A stretch of DNA of 64,000 nt, from NCBI GenBank assembly GCA_040954595.2, contig CM082590.2:1302001-1366000 (forward strand), in the 5' to 3' direction. The translations under genes and the position numbers were made by a program. The notes under the pieces were generated by a model that did no database searches, had not been told where the DNA came from, and worked only from the letters and a program-made list of their open reading frames with translations. Position 1 is the first letter of the stretch; every line of letters starts with the position of its first letter. The DNA comes from Balanoglossus misakiensis (taxonomy: Eukaryota > Animalia > Hemichordata). Below are positions 38,031 through 51,400 of this stretch, piece by piece.

Positions 38031-38374
38031 CTCTGACTGGTTTTTTGATTACAATGAGTCGATTCAACGATTAAACAACACTATGAAGTACGACGTGTTG
38101 ATCATAAAAATAGATTACTTACCATTTAACTCATGGTCATGTTTTGTCAAGTCATGTGTTAGATCGTGACGGAGTGTGTAACTGAAATGAGAAACTCCCT
38201 TGAAATAGGTACCAACTCGATCGGGTGAATCATTATCTTCTGGTTCGTAGTCTGGATCCTGACTAGAAGTCTGCGATGATTCCAGAGCAGCTGACGGTTG
38301 AAGCTTGTCCATCCCTGCACATTCAGCGAACGAACATGTACACTGATCAACGCCATGCTGAGGTCATGAGTTAA

Positions 38375-39109
38375 GGTGGCATTGCATGAAAACTTGTGAT
38401 TTTTGCCAAATTTTACTTTTTTACATAAATCGGTAGGCCTAATACTGACCCACATCCTGACTAATACGTCTTGGCGGAAATGGTGCATAATCACCCCAAA
38501 ATAGCACTTTTCTGAATGAGTTCACAGCTTAACAAATAGGTGTCAACAATGCAAATGGCCGTTTTTCTCAGTTTGCATTTTCGCTGCTCTTGACAACTTC
38601 AGACGAAAATAGCTTCGCGCTGCGTTGGCCGAATTTGCTCAAATTTTAACTGGGGATTGTGTATGACCCATCCAACAAAACGGTATTTTTGTTAGTCGAT
38701 AAAGTGTCCCTGGCGGGAATAAACTCTGATTCAATACAACTCACCATGAATTTGATCAAATTTTACTAAAAACCTAACTTTCAAACGCTGTTACTCCTCA
38801 ATGGAAGCAGATAATGCAAAACAAAATTACCGTTTTTTTTGCACGTGTACTCTAGTTTCGAATGACATATTAAGATGCATGATGCATGGTCAACTTTTTT
38901 ACCTATTTTAAATTTAATGACATAATATCAAAAAATGATTTTTTTCACCCAAAATCGCCACCATTTCCGGGGATCAATAATATTTGCAACTCAAACAAAA
39001 GTTCAAAAACTCAGCTTCCAGAATATATCTGGTTTATGGGGGTTTTAACGTTGTCTTTGATGAGAAATAGGCCTCTAAAAAAGTCTCAACGGTTTCATGC
39101 AATGCCACC
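38375..39109 (+). mobile_element. 735-bp Kolobok-type MITE, copy 2
   Basis: TIR GGTGGCATTGCATGAAA; TTAA at 38371-38374 and 39110-39113. Confidence 0.92.
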
Positions 39110-39869
39110 TTAATTGGGTCATTAATTGACCCCAAGTAAACAAGCAAAGGTCAAATAGTTTTATGTCGTGGCAGTTAAAATGATTGAAAAAACACATCAC
39201 AGACCCACTTTATTGCAGTTTCTGATACTCATTTATTTCCAAATATAATTAGAAGACCTGTTTTTCATTCAACATTATTGATTTGTGTCTCCTGCGGATA
39301 AATGTTCCCGCCAATTCTTTCTAATTATAGTCACGGTCACTCCACAGTACAGTTGATCTCACACTGCAAACTTTTGACCAAAATGCATTGAACTTACTAA
39401 TACTTGTCAGAAAATATCAGCGAACAACATTAATAAGTAAGATGCTTTGTTACAAAACTTAGAAGTAATCAAAAAAAAAAAAAAAAATCACCAGTGTGTC
39501 TTGGGTAGAATATGTGTACGTGGCGCTTAAATTGAAACTCAACATTCTTTTTCAGTGTACACGGATTTTCACTTGTTTTTCTTTTAAAATTTCTTTAAAA
39601 ATCAATCAGAAAATAACTAAAATCACTCTGAAATTAGAGTTAATATACGTACCTATCCTGTGAACGAAGTTTGGCCTTCAGTCGGGTACAATCAGGCGGG
39701 CGATCAGGCTGGCTGATTTTCTGTTACTACGAATGACGATGCGCGTATGTTCTCAGTGCACCCTTTACGTTTTAGCGTATTTGCATAACAATACAGTTAT
39801 GATTTGCATCTGATTTCTACTTACGTGCACTCCCTTATATCACATCCTACATATTGCGACATACACGTT

Positions 39870-40800
39870 TATGATTGGTTACTAACTACTCTACATAATT
39901 GATTCACAGATAAAAGCAATTGTGGGAATTTCAAACTGGTCCAGGGTTCTCGTTCTCCTCGCGCTGAAGCATGTTTAAGACCTCTTTCTGGTAAGCATGA
40001 CTTTATGTATATTACCTTTTATAGGGCATTATAGCTAAACTGATAAAACAAAAGGAAAATGCTCTGTGTCTACAACTATTTAATATTCCAGCTATCAATA
40101 CTCGTTTCTTTCCTTCAAATTCTGTATGCTTTGTCCTTGATTTGCTGTAATATGATTGTGATGACGTGAATTAACTGGACATAAATTCAGTTTGGACACA
40201 TTTAGATTTTGGCAGAATTACCCATAGCTATAATTGTATATAGGCACCTTGAATTAAATTGTTTGTGTTCCATTGGTGGGAACAGTTTGGGTACAGTGTT
40301 GTCATTGAGTGTGTGTGCATGTTTGTTGTTTACACATACATATCATTTTTCACCTGATTGCCATGTTAGATGTAGTTTCAAAATTGCCTTTTCACAGATT
40401 TCCCTGATAAGTATTCCACTGTTGTGAGTTGTCACAAAACAGCCTGACTCTACATTATACCATGTTTTGCATATTTTGACTATTTAGTATGAAATCATGC
40501 AAAACCAATGTTATATTTGGTTACTAATTAATATGCATCTATTCGATTCACAGGTGGTGTCTTAAATGGTCAACATTAGGCTGTGGAGGAGGGGGAGAAA
40601 ACCCTGGACGCATGATGAAGAACCTTGCGACACGACTTGCTGGCCCCATCAAATACAGCTTTCTGGTAAGCATGACATTACATGATACTATATACATGCT
40701 CCATAGCTAGTTTTATGCTACCCATTCCCGTCAAATAGTGATTTCACCCTTTCAAAATTATTGGGTGGCATGCCACCACTGGTAATCATGGACACCTGTA
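39870..40800 (+). repeat. Older diverged paralog of the 29608/32518 duplicated unit
   Basis: Shared blocks ttggttactaac..ttgattcacag, tttaagacc..ggtaagcatgac, tacattataccatgttttgcatatt, tcaaatagt..ttcaaaatta. Confidence 0.7.
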
Positions 40801-41039
40801 ATAATCTCCACTTGGTAACCGTTATGTAGTGCTATCCTCCATGATCAAGAAGTGGATTACTTATAACTATTTGAATAGGGGATCTTCTTGTATTTACAGT
40901 ATAGGGGAAGTAATTCACAAATGTTTGTATTTATATATATTGTTTATTAATGAATGTTATGAAAAAATAAAGATAATCAAGGTGGTTCAATGCTACTTTT
41001 TCACTTAAGGGAAAAATATGCCAAATCAGTATACATGTA

Positions 41040-44000
41040 CCTTATGATGATTTCGGAGTCCTGTATTTTTTCAGCTTATATCATGAATTATCTATTTGTT
41101 ATGCTTCTTTGGTCTGCTCCACATTTAAATAATTGATGAAAGTGATGGCCGATTTCTTTAAAATTTACCATGAAGCTTCCTATGGGTAAAATAAATTGGT
41201 TTTGTTTAAATTGTTCCAAAGTTTGCGTACTTGTAACTTTTGGCAATTTTTACCATTTTTTGGTTGCAAATCGTTTTCTTAAAAAACCACTTGTCGGATT
41301 GCTTTCAAATTTGGTTGGAACGTTCCCAGGGGTTACCCAAGTAAGATGTTGTAAAATATTAGTGAAATGTTTATATTTGTGTCCTTGGGGGCAATTTTTG
41401 CAATTTTACATAAAAAACTACTTGTCCAGTGATTAAGTTGTACTTAGGTTGTGATTGTTGATAAAACTTTTTTACAATAAAAATCTACTGAGAAAAAACA
41501 TTAAGGTTTACTATCTTAAATAGTTTTGGCTGAAACTACTTTCATCAAAAATGCAGAAACGTTCAAAGCATAATAATCTGTTGCTGTAAGTCGCAATCTC
41601 TCCTCTCACCTACAGTGGGAGGATAATAAGACAACATCAATAGTTCACTAAACTGTGATAATAGGAGTGATAAAACTGGTTTCAATTTAGAAGGTAATGC
41701 TTGGGCCAGGAACAGAGATGAGTAAAACTGACATTAATGAAACACATCCCATCCATCCATCCATACATTCATCAACAGCGATTTCTTAGTGCTTTTTGAA
41801 CAACTTGGCCTAAGTGTAGTATAGTTCCTAAATGTAAGCCACTTGCTTTCACAAAACAATCCAATTTCGCCACCAATGAGTGGCAAGAATTTCCCTTTTT
41901 TATATTTTGAGCTGAATCTGAAACCAAAATTACCATCAAATCATCTGATGTGAGGTTAGCGCTTTAATGTTGATATTTAATATTTGTAATTAGCCAAAGT
42001 TATGAGTGCACCCGTCACCCAGCAAATTTGATAAAATGCTTCTCATAGGTATAGGTATTGAACTCCTTTCAGAAATAGGTATGAACATTTTGAAAATATT
42101 TTCACTGACACATTTCAGACTGATTTCTGAATTACAGAGAAATGAAGACTTTCTCATTCTACTGTAATGAAGACATTTGCAGACACAAGAAATAGTCTGA
42201 ACATAATCAGTATATTACAGATAAAGTGAAGGTACCAAAAACTTAGTGACTATTGTTTGCAAAAATTGTCCCAAGTAGCTTTGAGTGGCAAAGTGTGATG
42301 ATTTAGAATGGAAAAAGACAATACCAATTTCTAGCTCTATCAGCATCGCAAAGGTTATCAGATAGGGTGATTGGCAATTGTCTGTTTCTGTCAACACTTC
42401 TAAAATTTTGTTGAAATTTGCATATGTATAGTTTGTAACAAATTTTTGCTGTTTTGGGAAGGAAAAAAGGCTTGTCAGATTACTTTGAATTGGCAGGTTC
42501 CTGGGGATGACACAAGTTGTTTCTTCAAAATGTAGTGAAATTTGCATATTTTAGGGGAAATTTTTCTGAAAATGTTTAGCCTATTTCTCTGAAATTTAGT
42601 ATGCATCTCCATGAGATTTGTGATATACTCTGCAACTTTGTATTTGGGGGCAGTTGCCTTTTGTATAAAAAAAATCTTATCAGAATATGCATGTCTGATT
42701 GCCATGTCCATATGGGTGATCTCATTTTGTTTACATCATGACAGAATCTGTACAGTTTTAATCATGATCTTTAAAATAGGTATGTCTTATTGTTTTGATC
42801 TATGGTGAGAATGGTCCCTCGGTGATCTTAGTCAACTTTATTGAAATTGTGCTGAATTTTGCATTATTTTATGTCAGAGTTTGAAGAGTAGTCATCTTCC
42901 CTGAAACCACTTGATCTAATTTAAATGTCAAATAGTGGAAGTACAATTTGCGTATTTGTTGAATTGGGGATATTGTTGCAGTTTTTGAAATTCAAGATGG
43001 CTGCCAACCTCTGTGTTAACTCTATGGAAAAAACAGTTATGTAAATAATTTTCTAAAAACAAGGCGGTGAACAACACATTTTCTTTGTTTTCAAACAGTA
43101 ATTGATATAGCTATCATTGTTTCTGAAAATCTAAACTTGTAGGAATACCTTTTCAATCTCCAGCATCAGTCTTATTTCTTAGTATTGACACAAGTTGTTT
43201 AAAAGATGTGCAGCTTTTGACTTCTCACAGGCTTACACTTTGTTATTAATATGCATCTCTATTGGTATTGTTTTGTTATTTAGGCGCTTGGGCCCCTAAT
43301 TGTAATTGATGGAGTTTTTCCATGAATTTTTGCTCGTCTAACTCTCAAACACGGTCACACCTACGCTTTTCAAATTTGTCATAGCTGTCCAGGCCAATGA
43401 GTAGACAACTTGAATGTGTAATTAGTCATGTGACCTGACATCCATATTCAGTTGAAATTTTAAAATTGACTTAATTAACATATGAATCATAACATTTTAG
43501 GGCTTTTCTCAAGCTTGGTAGACCATAAAGCCAGGATCCTATATGCCAAAATTCAAGGTCCTGGGGTCCGGCCATGTCGATTTTAAGAAGATTTTCAAAG
43601 CATTGTTTTCAATATTTTTTCCATGGACCCAAGCCATAGACCTTTACATCTACCGTTAAGCTATGGCCACATTTTATTCTGCAATTCTGGTCTATACAAT
43701 GGTCCTGAACAGCTAGTGTCTCTGGCCAGTGAGCAGCATAGGACCAAAATAAAAATCCAATTCTTGGGGTCCCCTGAGACCCCTGCATATCTCATGAAAT
43801 GTTTGCATATCTAATGTTGGGTTAACCGAAAGTGCTAGAAGTCTGGTTTTATTGGACATGGACCAGTATGGGATCAAACATTTTGCCCAAATTTTAATTG
43901 ACCTAGGATACCCTTTGAACTAGTTTCAAATATCTCAGCAGATAGAGCAGATTTACCTTATTATGTGCTTAACTAACTCCAGACTAACCAATGGTGTTAG

Positions 44001-44650
44001 AGGTCTTGAAGTCTTGTTTGTGTTGGACTTGAACCAGTAGGGGATAAAAATTTTGTGACATAATTTCCGGTGTCTTTGGATGAACGATGACATTCTGCAT
44101 ATTTTAGCATCCTCAACAGATACAGCCATAGCATCCAGAACAGTGGATTTGTCGTGTCTATCACTATTTGCATGGGCCCAGTCAATGCTGCTTATAGCTT
44201 TAACCCTCTTCTTCTTCTTCCCCGAATTTTGACTAGGTAAATCTGGAAAATTTCAGCAGCTACAGGGCTCAAACTTGGAATTGTGATAGATGCCAATCAT
44301 GCATTGAACTTTTGAATTTTTAATTGGTCATGTGACCTGGCTTCACAAACACTGCAAGGCCATTCAAGTTCAAATTTGGTGTGTAATATAAATGTCCTCT
44401 GCCCTTCAAAGTTCAAAAATAAAATCATGAGCGATCATTTGACATTGGCTGCCATATTGGATTTTCAAAAAATCTCACTAAATTTCAAAAAATAATTTTC
44501 TCCAGAACCAGCAACTACCAAGTCACTGGATTTGGGGACACCTTACCAATGTCTGTCAAGTTTGCGAAGCACATTGTGATTGGTCTAACCTTATGTCGGC
44601 CATATCACTACATTTCACAACTAAGACACTGTGTATAGCTTGTGACTCGT
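41040..44650. mobile_element. Cluster of degraded HINE/Helentron-like fragments
   Basis: Recurrent caaatttgg, ggtcatgtgacc, (catc)n and an end motif ggcc..caatgctgctt..agctttaa at ~44173-44202; boundaries not resolved. Confidence 0.4.
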
Positions 44651-44762
44651 ATGAGGACTTTAGAGTAAGACACAGCCTATAACCATCCAAGCTAGTGAGA
44701 CAAGGATTCTGCAAAAGAAGTTCAATGGAAGATATAGTGAAGTTTCCAAATATGACACGTCT

Positions 44763-46749
44763 CAGTCTTCGGACTGAGCGCGATTCCCATTATCAAAACA
44801 CCGCAAAGCATGCTGGGAAATTTCAGCACTCATTGACCTCTGTTATGGCGGCCAAGAACCCAGCGTACGTGGAGAGATTTCAATCCAATTTTTTTCCATG
44901 TTTTGAGAGTACTTGACAGATTTCGTTATCTTTGTGAAAATTATTGAAATAAAGCAATAAGAGAATCAAAGAGGTGAATTCGGTAGATTTGCGAAAAATA
45001 AAAATAAAAGAGTTACCTTTGACCCCTTCTATTTTAGCCTTCAGAGGCATATACCAACTTTGATTTTTTGTGCCTTTTCATCCAAAGCTTCAATGGACGA
45101 GAAAAAACGTGGTATATACTCTATTTCATTAGAACTTTGTTGGAAACTACCGTATATCATGATCAACGACTGAATAGAGACTGTGGGACGTCTCCAATTG
45201 GTGTTGTTAAATTGGCGATTTTGTAGCAAAATACCGTGATTTTGCCGTGTCGTAGTAAAAAAAAATCCAGACGCAAATGTCATGCAGAGTGTTTATTTTA
45301 ATCACTCATCACCTCTTATGCTCATTTTTTCGTCCAGAACATCTTACCCGTAAATTCCACACTTTCTGACAGGGTCTTCCTGGCACACACTGTTTTTGGG
45401 TGAAAATGCAGTGATTTGTTTGATTGTTTGTGCCTTTTCATCCAAAGAGTGAAAACTATTCAAACTCGAATTTCTGGGGTCATAGATACTTTATTGTTAT
45501 CATACGAACCTATTTTAGCTAGTGCTAAGCCTCTAAAAAAATATGCAGCCACTCGAAGTGAGGCGTAAAACGTAGTTTGTCGATATTTTGGTTATGAATG
45601 TTTGTGGGCCTTCAATCAATAATTTATCAGGTACGACCGTCCGCAGTGCCCAAAATACTTACGATACTTGTTGTTATTTCGTAATCACACCGATCGAACA
45701 CAGATACCTCGCGTGGATGCATGCACCATGTCGTTTTTCAACGGTTTTGTGAATTTAATACCAATTTCAAGGGAAGTGCTTGCAGTCATGTATCCCGCAA
45801 TCAGCCAAAATAAGACTCCAACAGCGAAAAAAGAGACGCATCTGGAACAAACACGCATATTTACTTCCTCTGACTTCCGTAAGAACCGCGATTACATGCA
45901 GAATTACCCCACTAGAGCCCATGTGTGTACCCTAATCACATGGGTCAGTCTCTTGACACAGAGATATCAACGCCCCTTTCATGACGTTCAAGCCTGATGA
46001 CAGCATCATTGATCAATGGGTGGGTAGATATACTCATAACTGACATGATCTTATATATAAATATTCAGATATTTGTTTACAACAAACTTAGATGTATCGA
46101 ATAAACTTTGAGCAAAAGCGTGAAGCCTTGCCTTTCTTGGCGGGAGATTGACGCATGTTGTTTACGTTACCATGGCGCCATAGAAATAGTAACGCTATTT
46201 AGCATATCACGTGCACTAAATGACACCCACTGGTTGGCGTATTCAAAAGGTCATAACATTTTGGGGTCATCAGTCGGCAGACTGAAAGTCATTGAGAAAT
46301 TGTGGTTTCTCGTCATTCAATTGAGGTTCATTGGTCAGAGAAAGTCGTCTGGGAATCGGCAGGTTTCGCTGCTTGCTGCATATGCTGAAATATTGCACCA
46401 GCACCATTTTAGCAACCACGATCTGTCAAATTTTGGTCAGTTCCATAGGCATCGCCATGCAATTTGCAGTGCGGGGCTGGTAAATTCAAGTGTTGATGTT
46501 TTTTCTGAGTTAATTTTTGTAAAAAAAATCACGTCGGTTTTTGGATTTGTCACAGCGAGTAAGGAACTTAATGTCAGTTCTTTGTTAAAAGCTAAGCTCG
46601 CTGGATTTTTTTCGTGTTGGAGACACTGCGACTTGTAATTTCTGTTTCCGACCGTAATTTTCCGGACACTCGACAGCGTAGTCAGCCTTTTTGAATACTT
46701 AATGAGTGATAATGGACACGCCCACTTTTCGCGCTCAGTCCGAAGACTG
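44763..46749. mobile_element. ~2-kb non-autonomous DNA transposon with 21-bp TIR and 3-bp TSD (Academ-like)
   Basis: Perfect TIR CAGTCTTCGGACTGAGCGCGA at 44763-44783 and 46729-46749; TCT on both sides; YR termini with a 3-bp TSD fit Academ. Confidence 0.8.
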
Positions 46750-47499
46750 TCTGTTACTCAAATGATGAGTGACAGCATTCGGGGATTTGACTTGCAAGAG
46801 TAATTTGGTAGCACAGCCGAATTGCACGTAAATTTGTCACTTTGGGTCAGTCTTGATGGGTGTAGCATACAATGTACCAGTAGGGGGGGGGGGGTATGGT
46901 TATCCATTATGGACACCTGGTACCTTCACTTAGCAGTGGTTTACTACAAAATTCAATTTAGTAGCAACAGCTGCCAAACTAACAAAATGTCGATTCAGTG
47001 TCTGCAGAACAGCCAAACTTAAAAATTTACATTCACCCTGTCACTCAAGTACTGGTGAAAACAGAGGAGGCAAGTTCACATTTCCAATCATGTAATTTCA
47101 TGTAACACTTCCATTAAACCAACATACTTCATTCATTGACCCCAACTTTCCTTGCAAAGAAAGCATGAACTCTGCAAGGGACAATATAGTATAAAACCAT
47201 TGGAGTGAGATGGGTCACATTAGACTTGAATTGTATTTTATTAAACTGATTTGTTAGGCTGGGTTATAAACACGGGTATCGACCAGCATGCGTCTAGTTG
47301 TATGAACATTTTAAGAAATGAAAGGTTAAAATCAGTCATACCTTCAGCTTTGAATCGTATTCCGGTAAATCCATTCAGGCCAACCATAATTTTGCTACTT
47401 TAATTTATCATTTTTCCTCTTATTTCTTTCCTGGACCTGGTAATTTAGCCCAGCTTGAATGATATTGATTATTATGCCTGATTTGATGTCTTATTACCA

Positions 47500-48240
47500 C
47501 GTCTTGTAAAAAAAAACAGTCATAAAGGGCATGGTCCAAATATCTTCATAATTTTGGCAATGACCTTTGACTTCTTTTGGCACATGTATTAATATCCTGC
47601 ATATCTTTTGACAGGAAGATCCGTAAAATGGGGGTTCGGGTTCTGATGCATAATGAACACATATATATTTGGACCCCTTGACCAATGTTTAACGAATTAA
47701 ATATATGCATATCTAATTTAAAGCTTACCAGTAGGATTACAACTGCAGTTTTTTATGAACATGGTCTACTTTGTGACAACAATTTGTTGCCAAATTTCTT
47801 GACCCTATTGACCATGCTGACATCATTAAATATGTACATACCAAATTCTGGCCTATTAAACCATTAGGGTTAGGAGCCTGGTTTGTCGTAAAAATGGACC
47901 AGTTTGGGATCAAAATTTTGCTGACCACTGGGTGACATTAGACCTACTTTCCCATGCCTCAGCATGCACAACAGAAACAGCCCCTGAAATTTGGAAGGAT
48001 GGAACAGCTAAAAGAGGCTTACACTTAAATCATCAATCATGACCATACGTAATTTGATCCTTAACAGTTGTGCGAGAAGTTTCAGTTAGACATGGATCAG
48101 TTAAGGATCATTTTTTTTGACAATTTTTACTGATTACTTGGTAACCATTGTCGTGCTTTTCTATATCTTGGTATCCACAGCATACCCTGGTAACCATGGA
48201 AACTGCTACGGCCCTGCCAATGCTGCTTGCAACTTTAATT
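47500..48240. mobile_element. Degraded HINE-like fragment
   Basis: tgacctttgac and catggac/ggaccag modules like 18625-19310; end motif ggccctgccaatgctgcttgcaactttaatt like 44173-44202. Confidence 0.4.
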
Positions 48241-48480
48241 TTAAAAATATATTTTTTTATCACGGTTTTCTTTATGAATAATGGTGAATTGTTGATCAAA
48301 TCAATTTATTAAAATGATTTCATTCTTTTTTTTTTACATTAGGTTTATTGGTAACACTGCCGCTAGAGGAAGTGTAATATGTAACAGATGGATGAACCTA
48401 ATACTTGTAATGACGCCAGCTCCTAATACTGTAATAGGCCCCTCTCTGCCGCGTCCGAGCCCGGCCGGCTGGCCTCCCTT

Positions 48481-51400
48481 CGCGTAGCAAGTGTAGTCAG
48501 GGCGGGGCCCGGGCGTCCCCACTCGCGTCTAGCAAGCGTAGTCAGTCAGGGCGGGGCCCGGGCGTCCCCACTCGCGTCTAGCAAGCGTAGTCAGTCAGGG
48601 CGGGGCCCGGGCGTCCCCACTCGCGTCTAGCAAGCGTAGTCAGTCAGGGCGGGGCCCACTCGCGTCTAGCAAGCGTAGTCAGTCAGGGCGGGGCCCACTC
48701 GCGTCTAGCAAGCGTAGTCAGTCAGGGCGGGGCCCGGGCGTCCCCACTCGCGTCTAGCAAGCGTAGTCAGTCAGGGCGGGGCCCACTCGCGTCTAGCAAG
48801 CGTAGTCAGTCAGGGCGGGGCCCGGGCGTCCCCACTCGCGTCTAGCAAGCGTAGTCAGTCAGGGCGGGGCCCGGGCGTCCCCACTCGCGTCTAGCAAGCG
48901 TAGTCAGTCAGGGCGGGGCCCGGGCGTCCCCACTCGCGTCTAGCAAGCGTAGTCAGTCAGGGCGGGGCCCGGGCGTCCCCACTCGCGTCTAGCAAGCGTA
49001 GTCAGTCAGGGCGGGGCCCGGGCGTCCCCACTCGCGTCTAGCAAGCGTAGTCAGTCAGGGCGGGGCCCGGGCGTCCCCACTCGCGTCTAGCAAGCGTAGT
49101 CAGTCAGGGCGGGGCCCGGGCGTCCCCACTCGCGTCTAGCAAGCGTAGTCAGTCAGGGCGGGGCCCGGGCGTCCCCACTCTCGTCTAGCAAGCGTAGTCA
49201 GTCAGGGCGGGGCCCGGGCGTCCCCACTCGCGTCTAGCAAGCGTAGTCAGTCAGGGCGGGGCCCGGGCGTCCCCACTCGCGTATAGCAAGCGTAGTCAGT
49301 CAGGGCGGGGCCCGGGCGTCGCCACTCGCGTCTAGCAAGCGTAGTCAGTCAGGGCGGGGCCCACTCGCGTCTAGCAAGCGTAGTCAGTCAGGGCGGGGCC
49401 CGGGCGTCCCCACTCGCGTCTAGCAAGCGTAGTCAGTCAAGGCGGGGCCCGGGCGTCCCCACTCGCGTCTAGCAAGCGTAGTCAGTCAGGGCAGGGCCCA
49501 CTCGCGTCTAGCAAGCGTAGTCAGTCAGGGCGGGGCCCGGGCGTCCCCACTCGCGTCTAGCAAGCGTAGTCAGTCAGGGCGGGGCCCGGGCGTCCCCACT
49601 CGCGTCTAGCAAGCGTAGTCAGTCAGGGCGGGGCCTGGGCGTCGCCACTCGCGTATAGCAAGCGTAGTCAGTCAGGGCGGGGCCCACTCGCGTCTAGCAA
49701 GCGTAGTCAGTCAGGGCGGGGCCCGGGCGTCCCCACTCGCGTCTAGCAAGCGTAGTCAGTCAGGGCGGGGCCCGGGCGTCCCCACTCGCGTCTAGCAAGC
49801 GTAGTCAGTCAGGGCGGGGCCCGGGCGTCCCCACTCGCGTATAGCAAGCGTAGTCAGTCAGGACGGGGCCCACTCGCGTCTAGCAAGCGTAGTCAGTCAG
49901 GGCGGGGCCCGGGCGTCCCCACTCGCGTCCAGCAAGCGTAGTCAGTCAGGGCGGGGCCCGGGCGTCCCCACTCGCGTCTAGCAAGCGTAGTCAGTCAGGG
50001 CGGGGCCCGGGCGTCCCCACTTGCGTCTAGCAAGCGTAGTCAGTCAGGGCGGGGCCCGGGCGTCCCCATTCGCGAATAGCAAGCGTAGTCAGTCAGGGCG
50101 GGGCCCGGGCGTCCCCACTCGCGAATAGCAAGCGTAGTCAGTCAGGGCGGGGCCCGGGCGTCCCCACTCGCGTATAGCAAGCGTAGTCAGTCAGGGCGGG
50201 GCCCACTCGCGTCTAGCAAGCGTAGTCAGTCAGGGCGGGGCCCGGGCGTCCCCACTCGCATCTAGCAAGCGTAGTCAGTCAGGGCGGGGACCGGGCGTCC
50301 CCACTCGCGTCTAGCAAGCGTAGTCAGTCAGGGCGGGGCCCGGGCGTCCCCACTCGCGTCTAGCAAGCGTAGTCAGTCAGGGCGGGGCCCGGGCGTCCCC
50401 ACTCGCGTCTAGCAAGCGTAGTCAGTCAAGGCGGGGCCCGGGCGTCCCCACTCGCGTCTAGCAAGCGTAGTCAGTCAGGGCGGGGCCCGGGCGTCCCCAC
50501 TCGTGTCTAGCAAGCGTAGTCAGTCAGGGCGGGGCCCGGGCGTCCCCACTCGCGTCTAGCAAGCGTAGTCAGTCAGGGCGGGGCCCGGGCGTCCCCACTC
50601 GCGTATAGCAAGCGTAGTCAGTCAGGGCGGGGCCCGGGCGTCCCCACTCGCGTCTAGCAAGCGTAGTCAGTCAGGGCGGGGCCCACTCGCGTCTAGCAAG
50701 CGTAGTCAGTCAGGGCGGGGCCCGGGCGGCCCCACTCGCATCTAGCAAGCGTAGTCAGTCAGGGCGGGGCCCGGGCGTCCCCACTCGCGTCTAGCAAGCG
50801 TAGTCAGTCAGGGCGGGGCCCGGGCGTCCCCACTCGCGTATAGCAAGCGTAGTCAGTCAGTGCGGGGCCCCGGCGTCCCCACTCGCGTATAGCAAGCGTA
50901 GTCAGTCAGTGCGGGGCCCGGGCGTCCCCACTCGCGTATAGCAAGCGTAGTCAGTCAGGGCGGGGCCCACTCGCGTCTAGCATGCGTAGTCAGTCAGGGC
51001 GGGGCCCGGGCGTCCCCACTCGCGAATAGCAAGCGTAGTCAGTCAGGGCGGGGCCCGGGCGTCCCCACTCGCGTCTAGCAAGCGTAGTAAGTCAGGGCAG
51101 GGCCCGGGCGTCCCCACTCGCGTCTAGCAAGCGTAGTCAGTCAGGGCGGGGCCCGGGCGTCCCCACTCGCGTCTAGCAAGCGTAGTCAGTCAGGGCGGGG
51201 CCCGGGCGTCCCCACTCGCGTCTAGCAAGCGTAGTCAGTCAGGGCGGGGCCCGGGCATCCCCACTCGCGTATAGCAAGCGTAGTCAGTCAGGGCGGGGCC
51301 CGGGCGTCCCCACTCGCATCTAGCAAGCGTAGTCAGTCAGAGCGGGGCCCACTCGCGTCTAGCAAGCGTAGTCAGTCAGGGCGGGGCCCGGGCGTCCCCA

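Noticed and set aside
46108-46638. 176-aa ORF inside the 2-kb TIR element
   Set aside because: Non-ATG start and no motifs; likely spurious
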